DNA of 64,000 nt, from assembly GCA_034521595.1 (NCBI GenBank), contig JAXHMG010000003.1:992001-1056000 (forward strand), in the 5' to 3' direction. Origin of the DNA: Gemmatimonadota bacterium. Lineage in GTDB: Bacteria > Gemmatimonadota > Gemmatimonadetes > Longimicrobiales > Gaopeijiaceae. The notes beneath the pieces were generated by a model. The model saw only the letters and a list, made by a program, of their open reading frames with translations, was not told the DNA's origin and did not search any database. Both the position numbers and the translations under genes were made by a program. Shown here one piece after another: positions 21,135 to 33,963 of the stretch (its first letter is position 1; the number at the start of each line of letters is the position of its first letter).

Positions 21135-22120
21135 TTGACGAGCTTGAGGTCGCCTTCGGAATCGACCGTGCCGCCACCTCCATCCCTCGCTCTTGGCCCT
21201 TGCGGCTGTTCCGCTCCCAGAAGACTCCATCCGCATAGCCTTGGATAGACGGGTTGAGCGAAGCCGTGTCCAAGCGTTTGAGAGCCCAGCAGCAATATTC
21301 CGCCACCTGCTCAACGCCTAGGAACTTGCGGCCCAGTTTCTTGGACACTACCGCCATCGTGCCGCTCCCCAAGACCGGGGATCCAAATACAAAACCACTT
21401 CGATCCGTGCTGGCGAGGATCAGCTTGGCGAGGAGCTTCTCCGGCTTCCTAGTCGGATGGTCCGGTCCGGCATCGACCAAAAAGGAACCGTAATGTCGCT
21501 CCAGATATTCGATGGGTGCGTAAGACGGAAATTCCCGTCTTCACTTTCGTCCCAGTCTTTGGGATGTCCGGCCTCATCCCGGTACGGAGCGATCACCCGG
21601 CGCTTCACCTTTATGGTATTAATGTTGAAGTAGTAGGCATTGGACGCGGTGCAGAACCAGATATCCTCTAGTGTCCTCTTCCAGTTGGACTTCGCTCCCC
21701 GGCCTCTTCTCTCGCTCCCACGTGATCCGATTCACGACCAACTTGTCCTCCAGAATCGGCGCTATGAGCATTGATGTCCTCCAGTCGGAGCACACCAACC
21801 GTGCCCTGCGGTTTCAGCGCGGGAATCAGAACGTCGAGAACGGACCCAAACCACGACCGATATTCGTCCTTTTGTTTCTGCTTGAACAAACGCCCGTTGG
21901 GTTCTTTGTGATGTTGTAGGGAGGATCAACTACGATCAAATCGGCGAAATTGGTGGAAACGGTGCGACCTCAAAGAGGTCCTGGTTTACAACTTCCCCTT
22001 CCAAAGCATCCGCGGAAGTAGGCTCACTTAGGCGCTTGAGCCTCTTGGATAGACTCCTGATCTCGTCCTCGTCACATGACAACGTTCGATTTCGAGGGGC
22101 TCGGCTTTTGAGCAGTTCCT
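21131..22120 (-). pseudogene. Beta-class N4C/N6A DNA methyltransferase (frameshifted)
   Basis: VDPPYN, NRITWERE, EDIWF, HPSNIWSDI, HPTRKPEKL, LGSGT; catalytic motif precedes SAM-binding motif. Confidence 0.85.
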
Positions 22121-22369
22121 TCGGAATACAATGCCGGATGTGGAAAGTTTCGAGTTCCTGAGCCATCTGCTGGGCCTGTACAGCAGCGCCAGCGGGTTCT
22201 TGGATCGGAGCGTGTGGACCCTCAGCGCCAGCTGCCAAGTTCAGTGCGGCTCGGCCCCGGACTGAACGGCGTCTCTGGGCTCTAACGTGGCGATGTCAAC
22301 CGTGGCACCGTAGTGGCTCTGGTGCCGAACATGAGCTTCTGAGGGTCGCGCCCCCGAGGACGCATGTCG

Positions 22370-22531
22370 CCATGACGTTCAGATGTTTCCGACGTGGCCA
22401 CCGCCGAGCTGCTTACATGCGAACAGAAGCGGAAGCCAAGTTCACTGCACCCAGTCTACGGACCCAAGGCGCTCGAGGCCATGTAGGTGGAGCGGGCGAA
22501 GCCCGCGGAACCGGAAACATTCTTGTCATCA
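22370..22531 (-). repeat. attC-like site (~160 bp family) with GAC/GTC cores
   Basis: + strand ccatGAC-gttcag-atgtttccg...ccggaaacat-tctt-GTCatca; arms near-identical to the 33084 copy. Confidence 0.85.
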
Positions 22532-22559
22532 CACGTCGCACACACCCCTGATGTCCGAC

Positions 22560-23658
22560 ACCCACCTGCGACTGCTATCGCCCCTCTCGAAGGGATTGAG
22601 CATGGAGGTGAAGGTACCTCTTCGAGAGGCTCTGGACTGGTCCGACTGGTAGATCTCCTCGGGAGCATCTTGGCCATGAAAAACGTCGTCCCGGTTCTTC
22701 TTGGCCTCAGCAAACGTCTCTAGGTCTGCGTCCGCCTGCTCTGGTGCCAGGCTGGAGGCGATCGGCGAACTTCTCCGTGAGCCGATACTTGTCCTTCATG
22801 ACATCCTGAACTCGACTGATGTAATGGCCGTGCGCCTCAGCAGGGACCTCACGTCGAAGCGCCTCGAAGAACCGCTTCTCGTCGTATCCAAACACCTTGT
22901 TGGTGAACATTTCCAAGGCTGCCCATCCCGCTCTGAAATGACCGGAGTCGGTCGGATGAGTTCTCCAGCGACGCTAGGAAGAGATTGAAGACTGGATCGA
23001 GCTTCCGGAGTACGTCAAGATCCATGAAGGTCTTCAGGACATCGTCCTTCAGTGTCGTAGGAAATGACTTCCAGTCCGGTAGCGGTCGCTGAGCCCCCCA
23101 TCTGTTTGGCGAAAACCTTCTTCCATCGCCGCGATCGTACCATAGAGCTGTTGTGTACGGCTTCAGGGTAGCCGAGTGCTCGGACTCCACCGATACCGCG
23201 AGCATAATAGCTGCCGTGGATCGTTTGGTATCACCACCTATATCGGCCCCAGAGGCTCCGTTCAGCCGGACAACAACCTCCCCGATCTGACGCTCTCGCT
23301 CCGAATCGGGAAAGTCGGCCACCTCCCCGATTCGCCGTACGACTAGGTAGGCCCTGGCCCGGCCAAGGTCTTGGCGATGAGATCGAGCGATCTCGACCTC
23401 CTGCTCAAGGCGCTCTTCCGGCGTCCCTTCCGGTCCGCCTCCACTCAGCGCGCGGAGCAGCATGTTGCCTACTGCCACGCTCAAGTCAGCATCGGCGCAA
23501 TGGGGATCAGGGTCCGGAGTGATGCATGCCCACAGACCGTCCTGATCCACGAGGACCACTTCCCCTTCAGCCGGTGCCGCGAGTCCGGATAGCTCCTGAA
23601 CGACGGTATGGACGAACTTGAAGACGGTATCCGGGATCACGTATACGGGAAGGCACAC
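22560..23658 (-). pseudogene. Cassette protein with C-terminal HEPN-like Rx4H motif (frameshifted)
   Basis: 269 aa ORF continuing in other frames to AKKNRDDVFHG; fills the gap between two attC sites. Confidence 0.5.
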
Positions 23659-23673
23659 CGCTCACGCGATGTC

Positions 23674-23833
23674 AGATAACGTTCTTGTGTTACCGACGTG
23701 GCCCACCACCGGAGCGCTCAGAGTTGACCGCCCGAGAGTAGGCGCCACTCCGCTTCCGCGCCACGAAAGCCTCGGGCCATGTAGGTCGGAGCGGACGCGA
23801 AGCGGCCGCGGAGCCGGCAACACTTTGTTATGT
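23674..23833 (-). repeat. attC site (160 bp family)
   Basis: + strand AGATAAC-gttctt-gtgttaccg...ccggcaacac-ttt-GTTATGT. Confidence 0.88.
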
Positions 23834-24197
23834 GAAGTCGCGATCACGAATGGTCAGGCAACCGACACGTAGGCTACGACCAGTACCGTTCCCAATCCCG
23901 CCGCAGGGTTTCCAACAGACGTCGGGCTGCCTCTACCTCACCAGCACTTAGTTCCCACCGGGCGTTCAGCACGCGATTGCTAAAGCCGGACGGGAACGCA
24001 TTTCGGTCGAAGTTTCGTACCCCTCGCAGGAGTCGATCCAAGGCCTCCAGAGCACGCTGGAACTCCGACCGGTTGTCCCTCGTCGGCTCGGTGTCCCGCA
24101 GTATTTGGATCGCCCCGTCGAGGTAGCCTACGAGGACCGCCGATGGCGGTGGCGCCCCTGGCGGGGCGTTTGGTCGCTACAGCTTCCGCGTGCGTTT

Positions 24198-24416
24198 CTA
24201 GCTCCTCGGCCAGTTGGTGCAGGTCCGCGATCCGGCTTCGAACCAGTCGGGCAAGACCAGTTTCCCACCCCTCGGGGAGGAGGCGCGATAGTTGGCGGCC
24301 GAACTGCTCATCCGTGCCTGCCGCACCGACTGCACGGACGTCATCCCGAGTGCCTCAGCGAGGTCTTGATGCTTCGGACATTCCGTGAGCCGGTCCGTCG
24401 CCTCGATGAAGTCCAT
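24198..24416 (-). CDS. Small helix-turn-helix protein (3' end probably frameshifted)
   Basis: MDFIEATDRL..HQDLAEALGMTSVQSVRQAR; GGGAGG RBS-like motif. Confidence 0.6.
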   Translation of the reverse strand: MDFIEATDRLTECPKHQDLAEALGMTSVQSVRQARMSSSAANYRASSPRGGKLVLPDWFEAGSRTCTNWPRS

Positions 24417-24437
24417 CCTTCGAAACCTCCCATGTGG

Positions 24438-24484
24438 GTCTATGGTAGCATAGACTGCCACGAGGGTCTATGTCAAGATAGAAC
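24438..24484 (-). promoter_or_regulatory. Sigma70-type promoter overlapped by two palindromic operators
   Basis: Minus strand TTGACA-N18-TATGCT; GTCTATG-gtag-CATAGAC (24438-24455) and GTCTAT-gtcaag-ATAGAA (24466-24483). Confidence 0.7.
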
Positions 24485-24727
24485 GGCCACCGCATAGCGC
24501 CCAGGCGTCTCTCACCGATAAGGCACAGGCGATTTCGTGCGTGCCTCCGCGCTCTGGCATTCAGCGAAGCCCGCTACGAGGCTTCCTCATCCTCTGGCGG
24601 CGGCATCTCTACATGGAACTCCTCCTGTGCCTCTTCAGTGCGGGTCGGCAAATAAGTTCCCGAAGGCCTCGCATACTCGCTCGCACTGCTCGCCTTTGAA
24701 CATCGAGCGGCAGTTCGAGAGAGGCCT

Positions 24728-25514
24728 TCACGGTGCCATCGAGACCGCCAATGCCTGCTTCACTTCTTCTGAGGACGGCTCGGCATCTCCATGTACTGAT
24801 CTATTCCGGAGCCGGTAGACATCCGGCAGGGCAGCTATGAGTGCTTGGTCAGGCTCAGGTGCGTTGGACAACGCCTTCATGGAAAAATCGAGAGTCGACC
24901 CAGTAAACCGTTGACCTTCATCCAAGAACGCGGCCATCAAGGCTCGAATGCCGCGCTCGAAACGAGCGAACCCGTCAACGAAATCCAGCACAGCGCTTCG
25001 TTCGGGGCTGACCGCGCCGCTGGGCTCGTCCGACTGAGCGGGTGCGGGCGGCGTAACGAATCGCACCTTTGTCCAAACTTCCCGACTAACCGTGTCGGTG
25101 ATCCAGCCATTTAGGTCGGTGTCGAACTCCGTCTCGAGAATCTGACCGAGTGCGTCGAACGCGGTTTCCATGTGATAGTCCAGACTGACGTCATCCACAT
25201 TCCCGTAGCGGTGTTGGATGGCGTTCCGCTCATCGACCAGCAGTTCGACCCGCGCGTGAAAATCCAGCTCGGTCGAGGCTCCATAGCTTGGCCAGGCTCG
25301 TGAGGGCTTCGTGGGTGTTAATAGTGCGGCTGCCGTTCTTCTCGTAGATCGGGACGTTGCGTTCTATCAGAGCGGCCTTGATCGCCAACTCCACTGCCTG
25401 AGCAAGATGCAGAACGGCCACCTTACGGTGGCGCGGCGTGTCACTGGCGTAGTTCTCAAGCCCATGCTGCAGGATTTCCAGGGCGAAGCGGAGGATCGGT
25501 GAAGTCTGTGCCAC
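24728..25514 (-). pseudogene. Protein with two HEPN-like Rx4H motifs (frameshift near 25260)
   Basis: LHLAQAVELAIKA..ERNAIQH, and FARFERGIR..RLRNRSVHG. Confidence 0.65.
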
Positions 25515-25756
25515 TTCCGCGCCTTCCTTTGCCTAAGGTGTGGCTACCAGATCGGCCAAGCGATTTCACATAACTATCGGTAAGCGACACGGTAAGGCAA
25601 TTATCCGCAACTGCGCACTCCAACAATCAGTACGAGGAGCGCTCTAACCGCCTGCTCCATAGCAGGTGAGCCGCGTTGCAACTAGAGGGATTACGGACAA
25701 GCCGTGCCAAATGTGGCCGCTTTGACTCCGATCCCCGCCTCCAGAAGTCCCAGTCT

Positions 25757-26460
25757 TCATGTGCGAGCGGAGCTCGGTTCGCTCGTCCCGATGAAAGCGC
25801 CAGTTGGGCAGAACCGAGTTCCATCAACGCTTTGAACCGCTCGGTACGGTGTCGTTCGAGACAGTGTCATCGTGGACGAGGATGTATTCGAGGCATTTCG
25901 GAGGTTTCTCAGCCAGCTCCGTGTTGAGCCAGATGCGGCCCACTTCCGCGTTGCAGGTTCCACCGGGTCTTCATCCGCCGGACCCGTAGGTCGCTCGCCT
26001 TGACACGGACCCTCGCCTCCCATGTTTCCAGCAGATCTGCAGCGGCATCGCGAACCTGTGAACGGTACCAACACTCGAGGACGGCATCCCTCTTCTCCCG
26101 ATCCGAGCCCCTGCGGACCAGCAGCTCCATCCGGGTCTTCCCGACGAGGCGCACCGAGGGTGGGCCATCATGCTCCACGACGTCCAGTCGATACCGCCGG
26201 CCCCGGAAGTAGTGGCTTTCTCCCGTCACGAGCTCGCGCCTCGATTGCCTCTCCTGGCCCTCGAAACTCCTTGCGACGACGCCGGATCCAAGCCAGGCGC
26301 GTCACAGATCGCCAGACGGACGGCATCATCGTCCAGGTGGAAGGAGCGGCGACACCTCACGCGGCCAGCCGGCGGGTAGACACCCCACATGGAGGTTCTT
26401 GATCTGCTTGCGCACGACGTCAACAGCGATGCCGCCGACCTCGATCTCGTGACGTTCAGT
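25757..26460 (-). pseudogene. M48/YgjP-type (DUF45) metallopeptidase associated with type I R-M (frameshifted)
   Basis: VYPPAGRVR, GESHYFRGRRYRL, VRRMKTRW, EYILVH; directly downstream of hsdR. Confidence 0.8.
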
Positions 26461-29400
26461 ACTCACGTTGGGCCTTCACGATCTCGAACAGGGCCTCTGC
26501 CAGGATGTCGTCTCCTCCGACCTCGGCCTTGATCGCATTGCGAACTTCGCGCTCCTTGAACCGGTTTCCGCGCCAGTCTGCCTTCTTGACCTGGCGGATG
26601 GCCCGATCGATGGCGATGGCCGTCTCGCTGCGGCACGCCTCGGGGCGACGGCTCTCGCAGGCCGTATCGGGCGCCGAGCTCCATCGAGATTGTCGTAGAG
26701 GGCGCGGAGTGGAGGTGTCTCGATTTCGGCTGGGTAGGTGGAGCCGGTGTGTGGTTGACTCACCTTCCACGTCAGGTCCACAATCCCAGCCAGGTACGCC
26801 TTGTAGTCCAGCGCTTCTTGGCGGCGTTGTGTGATGAGTGCGTCCAGCAGCATCCGACATGTGCTCGTAGTACTTCGGGTTGACGGCCATCTCGTCGATG
26901 ATCAGGCGGCGGACGTTGTTCTCGATCGTCTCTGCCATCGCCTCCCGGTCGCTCGGCGCAGCGTCTGCGGCAGGGCATCCAGACCGCCTGCTTCGCCACG
27001 CTCGACGATCAGTTCGACAAGTGTCAGGTCGTCGAAGGCTGAGAGCTTTTCGCTGTCCTCTGCGCGGATGTAAGTGTCGAGCAGGTGACGCATGGCCGGC
27101 TCGTACATCTTCATGTCGATGTAGTCGCCGCTGGCGAGCTTCACCTCCTCGCGGACCTTTTCGTAGTGGGTGACCTCCCCCCTGACCGCCTCCGCCTCTG
27201 CATCGGAATAGCCCGCCTGGCCCATCTCGTTCGCGAGATTCGCATAGGCCCGCACGTACGCGCCCAACCAGCTTATAGAGTGCGATGCGCTTGGGCTCGT
27301 TGTTCTTCAGTTGTTCGCCGTTTCCGCTCTCGGCGGCGCAGAAGTAGCGCAAGTGGGCCGACGTGTCTCGCGGCGGCTCCACGGGCTCGCACAGCGCCTT
27401 CACCGCCTCGCGCGCCTCCTCCAGCCGCTCGTGGCCCTGCTTCGAGCCGATCCTTTGAGCAGTCCCGCCACATCCTCTTGGTCGTACCCGCCGAAGGCCT
27501 CGCCGGTGTAGTCCTTGATGGACTGCTCGAGCGACCGGAACAGGTCCTTGTAGTCGACGATATAGCCGTACTCCTTGTCCTCGCCGTCGAGCCGGTTGAC
27601 GCGGCAGATGGCCTGGAACAGGCCGTGGTCCTGCATCTGCTTGTCGATGTAGAGGTAGGTGGCCGGCAGCGCGTCGAACCCGGTGAGGAGTTTGTCGACC
27701 ACGATCAGGAGCTTCATCTGGCCGGGCTGCTCGACGAAGCGCTTCTTCACCTCCTCCTCGAACTGCTCGACCTTGTACATGGCCTTGCTTTCCGGCTCAT
27801 CGAAGTGGGCCGCGAGCATCTTCCGGTAGATGTCGTACTGGTGAAGCTTTTCAGTCAACCCCTCTCCGGTATCTCTCGCCCTTGATGTCGGCCGGCGACG
27901 GCTGGTACAGAGGTGACGATCGCGCACTTGCCCGGCGAGATCCGGTCTGCTGGAACATCTCGAAGAAGCGGCAGGCCGAGTAAATGCTGCCCGACACGAG
28001 AATCGCGTTGCCGTGACCGCTCTTGAGCCGGTCGCGCGTCGCCATGTCCATCATGATGTCCGCGACGATGGTTTCCAGCCGATCACGCGCCGATAGCACC
28101 TTTTTCATGGTGCCCCAGCGTTGCTTGAGCTGGGCCTTGGCGATGTCCGTGAGTCCCTTGGTCTTCAGCTCGAACCACCGATCGACCTTCTCCTGCGAGG
28201 TGATGCGCTGGTCGATGTCGCGAGCTTCGTACGCGAAGATCCAGCACCACACCGTCGTGCACCGCCTCGTCGTACTTGTAGGTGTGGATGTAGGGGCCGA
28301 ACGTCTCGATGCTGCGCCGTTTGTCACTCTTGAGCAGCGGCGTGCCGGTGAAGCCCATCAGCGTCGCATCGGGCAGTAAAGCCTTCATTGCCTCATGCAG
28401 CTTACCGGACTGAGTCCGGTGGCACTCATCGACGAAGACGAAGAGCTCGCCCTTGGGCGCGGAAGTCCCTGGGGACGTGCTTCTTGATGTCGTCGAGGAA
28501 GGCGGCAACGTCACCTTCCTCTGAGGCGCCGAACTTGTGGATCAGCGAGCAAATCAGCCATTCCTCGCTGGCGTTCAGCACCTGTGCGAGGTCGGCGCCG
28601 CTCGTCGTGCGGTAGATCTCCTCGCTGACGCCCTTGAAGACCTTCTCGATCTGGTCGTCCAGCTCGGTGCGGTCGGTGATGATCAGCACCCGGCTGTCCG
28701 GCACGTGCTCTCGGATCCACTTTGCGCAGCCACACCATGATCAGGCTCTTGCCGCTCCCCTGGGTGTGCCAGAGGATGCCGCCCTCCCGCTGAAGCGCAT
28801 GCGTCTGAGCGGCCCGCACCCCGAAGTACTGGTTGTGACGGCAGGTCTTCTTGATGCCGGCATCGAAGACCATGAAGTCGTGGATGATCTCGAGCAGCCG
28901 CTCCTTGCGGCAGAGCTGGCCCAACTCCCGAAGTAGCGGATTGTCCCCGGCCTCCGGATCGACCTCGGCTTCCTTCCAGCGGAGCCAGTACTTCTCCGGT
29001 GTCTCGATGACGCCGTAGCGCAGCCCCTCGGTGTCGTTCCCCGCCATCACCAGCTGCACCGTCGCGTAGAAGGGCCGGATGAAGGTCTTCTTCTGGCTGT
29101 CGAGGTTCTGGCGGATCCCTTCGCTCACGGACACGGTCGACCGCTTCAGCTCCAGCACGCCGAGCGCGACGCCGTTCACATAGAGCACGACGTCAGGGCG
29201 TTTGGTATGCTCGCCGGCGACGGTCACTTCCTCGGCGACAGCGAAGTCGTTGTTGTCGGGGTCCTCCCAGTCGATCAGCCACACCGTCTCGGTCTGCTCG
29301 CCGACATCAGGCCGAACCTTCACGCCGTAGCGCAGGAGGCCGTAGACCTCGCGGTTGGCGTCGTAAGCGTCTTGCTGCCCGACAGTCCGGCGGCCTTGGC

Positions 29401-29599
29401 CAGTGCGAACAGCACTTTGCCGATGATCTTGTCGCCGTGGCCTTGCCCGTCTGAGCCAGTCCGTCAGAAGGGCCTTCTCGACGTTTCCACTGCCCTCGCG
29501 GTCCTTCCAATACCCGAGGTGATCGTAGCCGAGGGCATCCCGGAAGAAGTCGATCACTCGCTTCTGGGTGAGGGCTTCGCGTTGACCGACGTTGCTCAT
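26456..29599 (-). pseudogene. hsdR: Type I restriction endonuclease subunit R (many frameshifts)
   Basis: RPDVVLYVNG..LELK, WHTQGSGKS, DECHR, GFTGTP, VVDKLLTGFDA, QAICRVNR. Confidence 0.92.
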
Positions 29600-30477
29600 A
29601 CCCCCGCCTCCGCGCGCGCATTCTGGAGCTGCTTCAGGGTGACGCCGTGTGCATCCTTCCACGCGTTCCTGCCGTTTGCGGCGCCGCCAACGAGGACTCC
29701 GGCCGCCAGTGGACGGTGACGCGAAGCCGGAAGTCCTGGGTGAACACGAGATGGACACCCTCTTCCACGAGCACCGCGCGGTCCCGCGAGTTGTCGGCGG
29801 AGGTCGCGAATGATAGTCATGGACCGATTTTCGTCTCGGAGGCACGGCCCTTCGACCCCTGAAGCACAACGAAGCCATCCGCCAACTTCGCGCCCTCTCG
29901 CCTCACTTCCCCTTTCCGAGAGATATAGCACCCCGTCGGCTACCGAGGCAGGCTCGTCGGTGGCCGCTGCCTCGAAGGCATCCACGCCTAGCAGAGGGTA
30001 GATGACGAGCATCTCCGCCAGGAACCACTCGGCGTCGGCCCGGTCAGCCTCGGACAGGGGTGGCTCTCCGGCACGCTGCCGTTGTCGAGCTCCCACTGGT
30101 TTGCGGATCATCGCCAGGGCGAGCAGCCTTGCTTCCAGGAAACGTACGACGGCCTTGTTGAGGCTCTCGTCGGTGCTGGTGAAGGCGACGAAACGGGTTC
30201 CAGAAGTCCTTGCGGCTCGCGTGTTGTTTGCATCCGTTCGCGCAGCACATCGGCCTCACCGACGTAGAGGCGGTCGCTACCGCCGTCGCCCGGCCCAAGG
30301 AGCAGGTATACGCCTGGCCTGCCCATCTCCTCCCGCTCTAACGCGCGACCCAGCTGTGAACGACTCGCCACCACGGCTCGCCCGACCCAGTTGGACTTGT
30401 CGACAAGGCGGATCCCGTCCGGAGAGCCGTCTGCGAGGAAGATCCGAATGGAGGTGGGACGAAGGTCGCGACCCGTC
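29596..30477 (-). pseudogene. GIY-YIG nuclease / DUF4357 protein (frameshifted)
   Basis: SIRIFLADGSPDG, PGVYLLLG..LYVGEAD, AAGVLVGGAANGRNAWK. Confidence 0.8.
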
Positions 30478-30966
30478 TCCCGTTTCGGAGTCTGCGGGTT
30501 CGACCAACCGGATGCGGCCCGTGAGTAGCTGCTGCATCATGCCCTGCTTGATGGCGCGGATCTTGTCACGGCGGCGCTCCAGCGCGGCAATTTCCGCGTC
30601 CATGTCGGAGAGGACGGTGGCGATGGCAACCTGTTCCTCCTCCGTCGGCGGCAGGGCTACTCGGAAAGCCTGGAACGTGGGGAGACGAAGCGAATCGACC
30701 GTTGCCTTGACCGTGTTCTGCATCGCCCAAGCGCCGAATCTGATCGCCATGAAGGAATGGACGAACCTGGTCGACACCCCCGGCGACATTTGGGTGATTG
30801 CATAGACCCTCTGATGTACATCGAACCGACCACTGACGTAATGGAAGATCTCTCCGATGCAGGCCTTCCCCGGGGACGAGTATGGCTTCATCGGTGAGGG
30901 AGTAGCTGTCAATTCGTTCCACTACGTCGGAGCGTACGAAGAAGGCGTATTCGCCGTCCGGAACCT
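30470..30966 (-). pseudogene. hsdS: Type I R-M specificity subunit, 3' part only (cut by IS3)
   Basis: LPPTEEEQVAIATVLSDMDAEIAALE..KQGMMQQLLTGRIRL. Confidence 0.9.
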
Positions 30967-32301
<1,335 letters not shown>

Positions 32302-32572
32302 GTCCCGCTGGCGAGCATCGTCTGGAGTCTCCGGCGGCCTGGTTCATTGCGATCCCTAACGTGGCGTCTGACCTTCATGATGGCGAGGCATGCATAGTGT
32401 CGTTGTTTACGACGCCATCGACGAAGCCTCGGCTGAAGCGGGATGTGCTGTGAACCCCATGCGAAGCGACGCCGTAGAATGATCCAAAAAGACGCGCCTA
32501 GACCGAGTCCCAAACCCAATGCAGACGCACCATCAGCAAGGAACACGATCGCCGGGGCGAGCGGGTGATTGC

Positions 32573-32875
32573 TCAAGCCCATCGTTTCTCCGCGATGGGC
32601 GGGATCCGCGCAGCCGCTGCAACAACTGTGACGATGATGACGGCGACCGCGACAAGACCGAGCGCAAGCAGTAAAATCCCGAGCAGGCCTTGCGCCGATT
32701 GGACCGCAACTTGCACGACCACCAATACGATGGCCAGCGTCGCAGCTCCGATGCGCTTCGTGCGTGCCCAAGTGATTGATTTCCGCCGGATCGGGTGACC
32801 GCATCCCGGGCAAGACTTCGCTTCAGCGGAGATTTCCTTGGAACAGGCAGGACAGCGGATCAGGACCATGCACAC
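32573..32875 (-). CDS. Zinc-ribbon membrane protein
   Basis: LIRCPACSKEISAEAKSCPGCGHP followed by hydrophobic helices. Confidence 0.65.
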   Translation of the reverse strand: MCMVLIRCPACSKEISAEAKSCPGCGHPIRRKSITWARTKRIGAATLAIVLVVVQVAVQSAQGLLGILLLALGLVAVAVIIVTVVAAAARIPPIAEKRWA

Positions 32876-33083
32876 CTCTCATCTCGCAGTGTGTTCCAGA
32901 TTGATAACGTAGCTCATTGAACCCAAGGCTGCCTAAATCGTATTCGCCGACCGCGTAGCGGTCCGGCGGGTGTACGCGGGTCCATCATATAACGCACACG
33001 TGTCGCTCGTTGGCACCGATCCCACGGTTCCACTTATCAGCGCCGGGCGTAGGCACGCGGAATCCGACCCGAAAACACATGTC

Positions 33084-33241
33084 CTATAACGTTCAGATGT
33101 TTCCGACGTGGCCACCGCAGAAGCGCTCATCTTTCCTGAGACCTACGGAGTTCAGCTGTCAGCCTACGATGTCCGACACGCTCGAGGCCATGTAGGTCGG
33201 AGCGAACGAAGTGAGCGGAGCCGGAAACATTCTTGTTATAC
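33084..33241 (-). repeat. attC site (158 bp family)
   Basis: + strand CTATAAC-gttcag-atgtttccg...ccggaaacat-tctt-GTTATAC. Confidence 0.9.
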
Positions 33242-33303
33242 GGCGTGTGCCGTACACTGCATCTGGCACCCTCCCGATCCTGCTGACCCTTATGGTCAGG
33301 ACC

Positions 33304-33963
33304 TTATACTGGTTGCCGCCCGTCACTGAGGATCTGGGCGGCTCGACGAAAGACGTTCAGCACCTCATCTCGTCGATCGGGTCGGCGGTTCAGGGAGCAG
33401 GCTGCTCGGGATGGTGCTGGCTTGGGGACGGCCGCCGTCGAAAGTGCGCGGACCTGCGCCTCGACACCCGTTGCGCCTTCCGCCCCAGATCGGGTCGCGG
33501 CTCTGAGGTTCGGGGAGCAGAGTCCGATCAGGGCGTGCGAGCCGTGGGGCTGCCGAATTCGTAGATCCGCCGCGTTATCCGGTCGTATCTTGGTCCCGGT
33601 CCCCACGTACCAGGGGACCACATTCCAGATAATGCTCTGGTTACGAGCGATCCCGGCCTCGTCCGACGGCATGGACATGTTGCGTGCCGAGGGGTCAGGG
33701 TTGTCCCGTGACACAAAGCCTGATTCCACCGCTTTTCCGCCTGGCGCTTCAAGAAGGAACAGAGCTTCGGCGGCAATCCCACCATCGCAAGGGTCAAAGT
33801 GCGGCGTATCGTGGTCGGGCCCAAGCTGGTTCCGTAGGTCGGCTAGGAGATCCTCCAGCGGGGCGACGTGCGGCAGACCCAGTAAGGCCATACGTCTGTT
33901 CGTCTCGCCCGGCCGCTTGAGCGCGTACGGCATCTCAGCTCCTGTAGAAAGTCGCACACTCAT
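33304..33963 (-). CDS. Uracil-DNA glycosylase superfamily protein (C-terminus probably frameshifted)
   Basis: PHFDPCDGG..LFLLEAPG..SGFVSRDNPDPSARN..WNVVPW. Confidence 0.8.
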   Translation of the reverse strand: MSVRLSTGAEMPYALKRPGETNRRMALLGLPHVAPLEDLLADLRNQLGPDHDTPHFDPCDGGIAAEALFLLEAPGGKAVESGFVSRDNPDPSARNMSMPSDEAGIARNQSIIWNVVPWYVGTGTKIRPDNAADLRIRQPHGSHALIGLCSPNLRAATRSGAEGATGVEAQVRALSTAAVPKPAPSRAACSLNRRPDRRDEVLNVFRRAAQILSDGRQPV

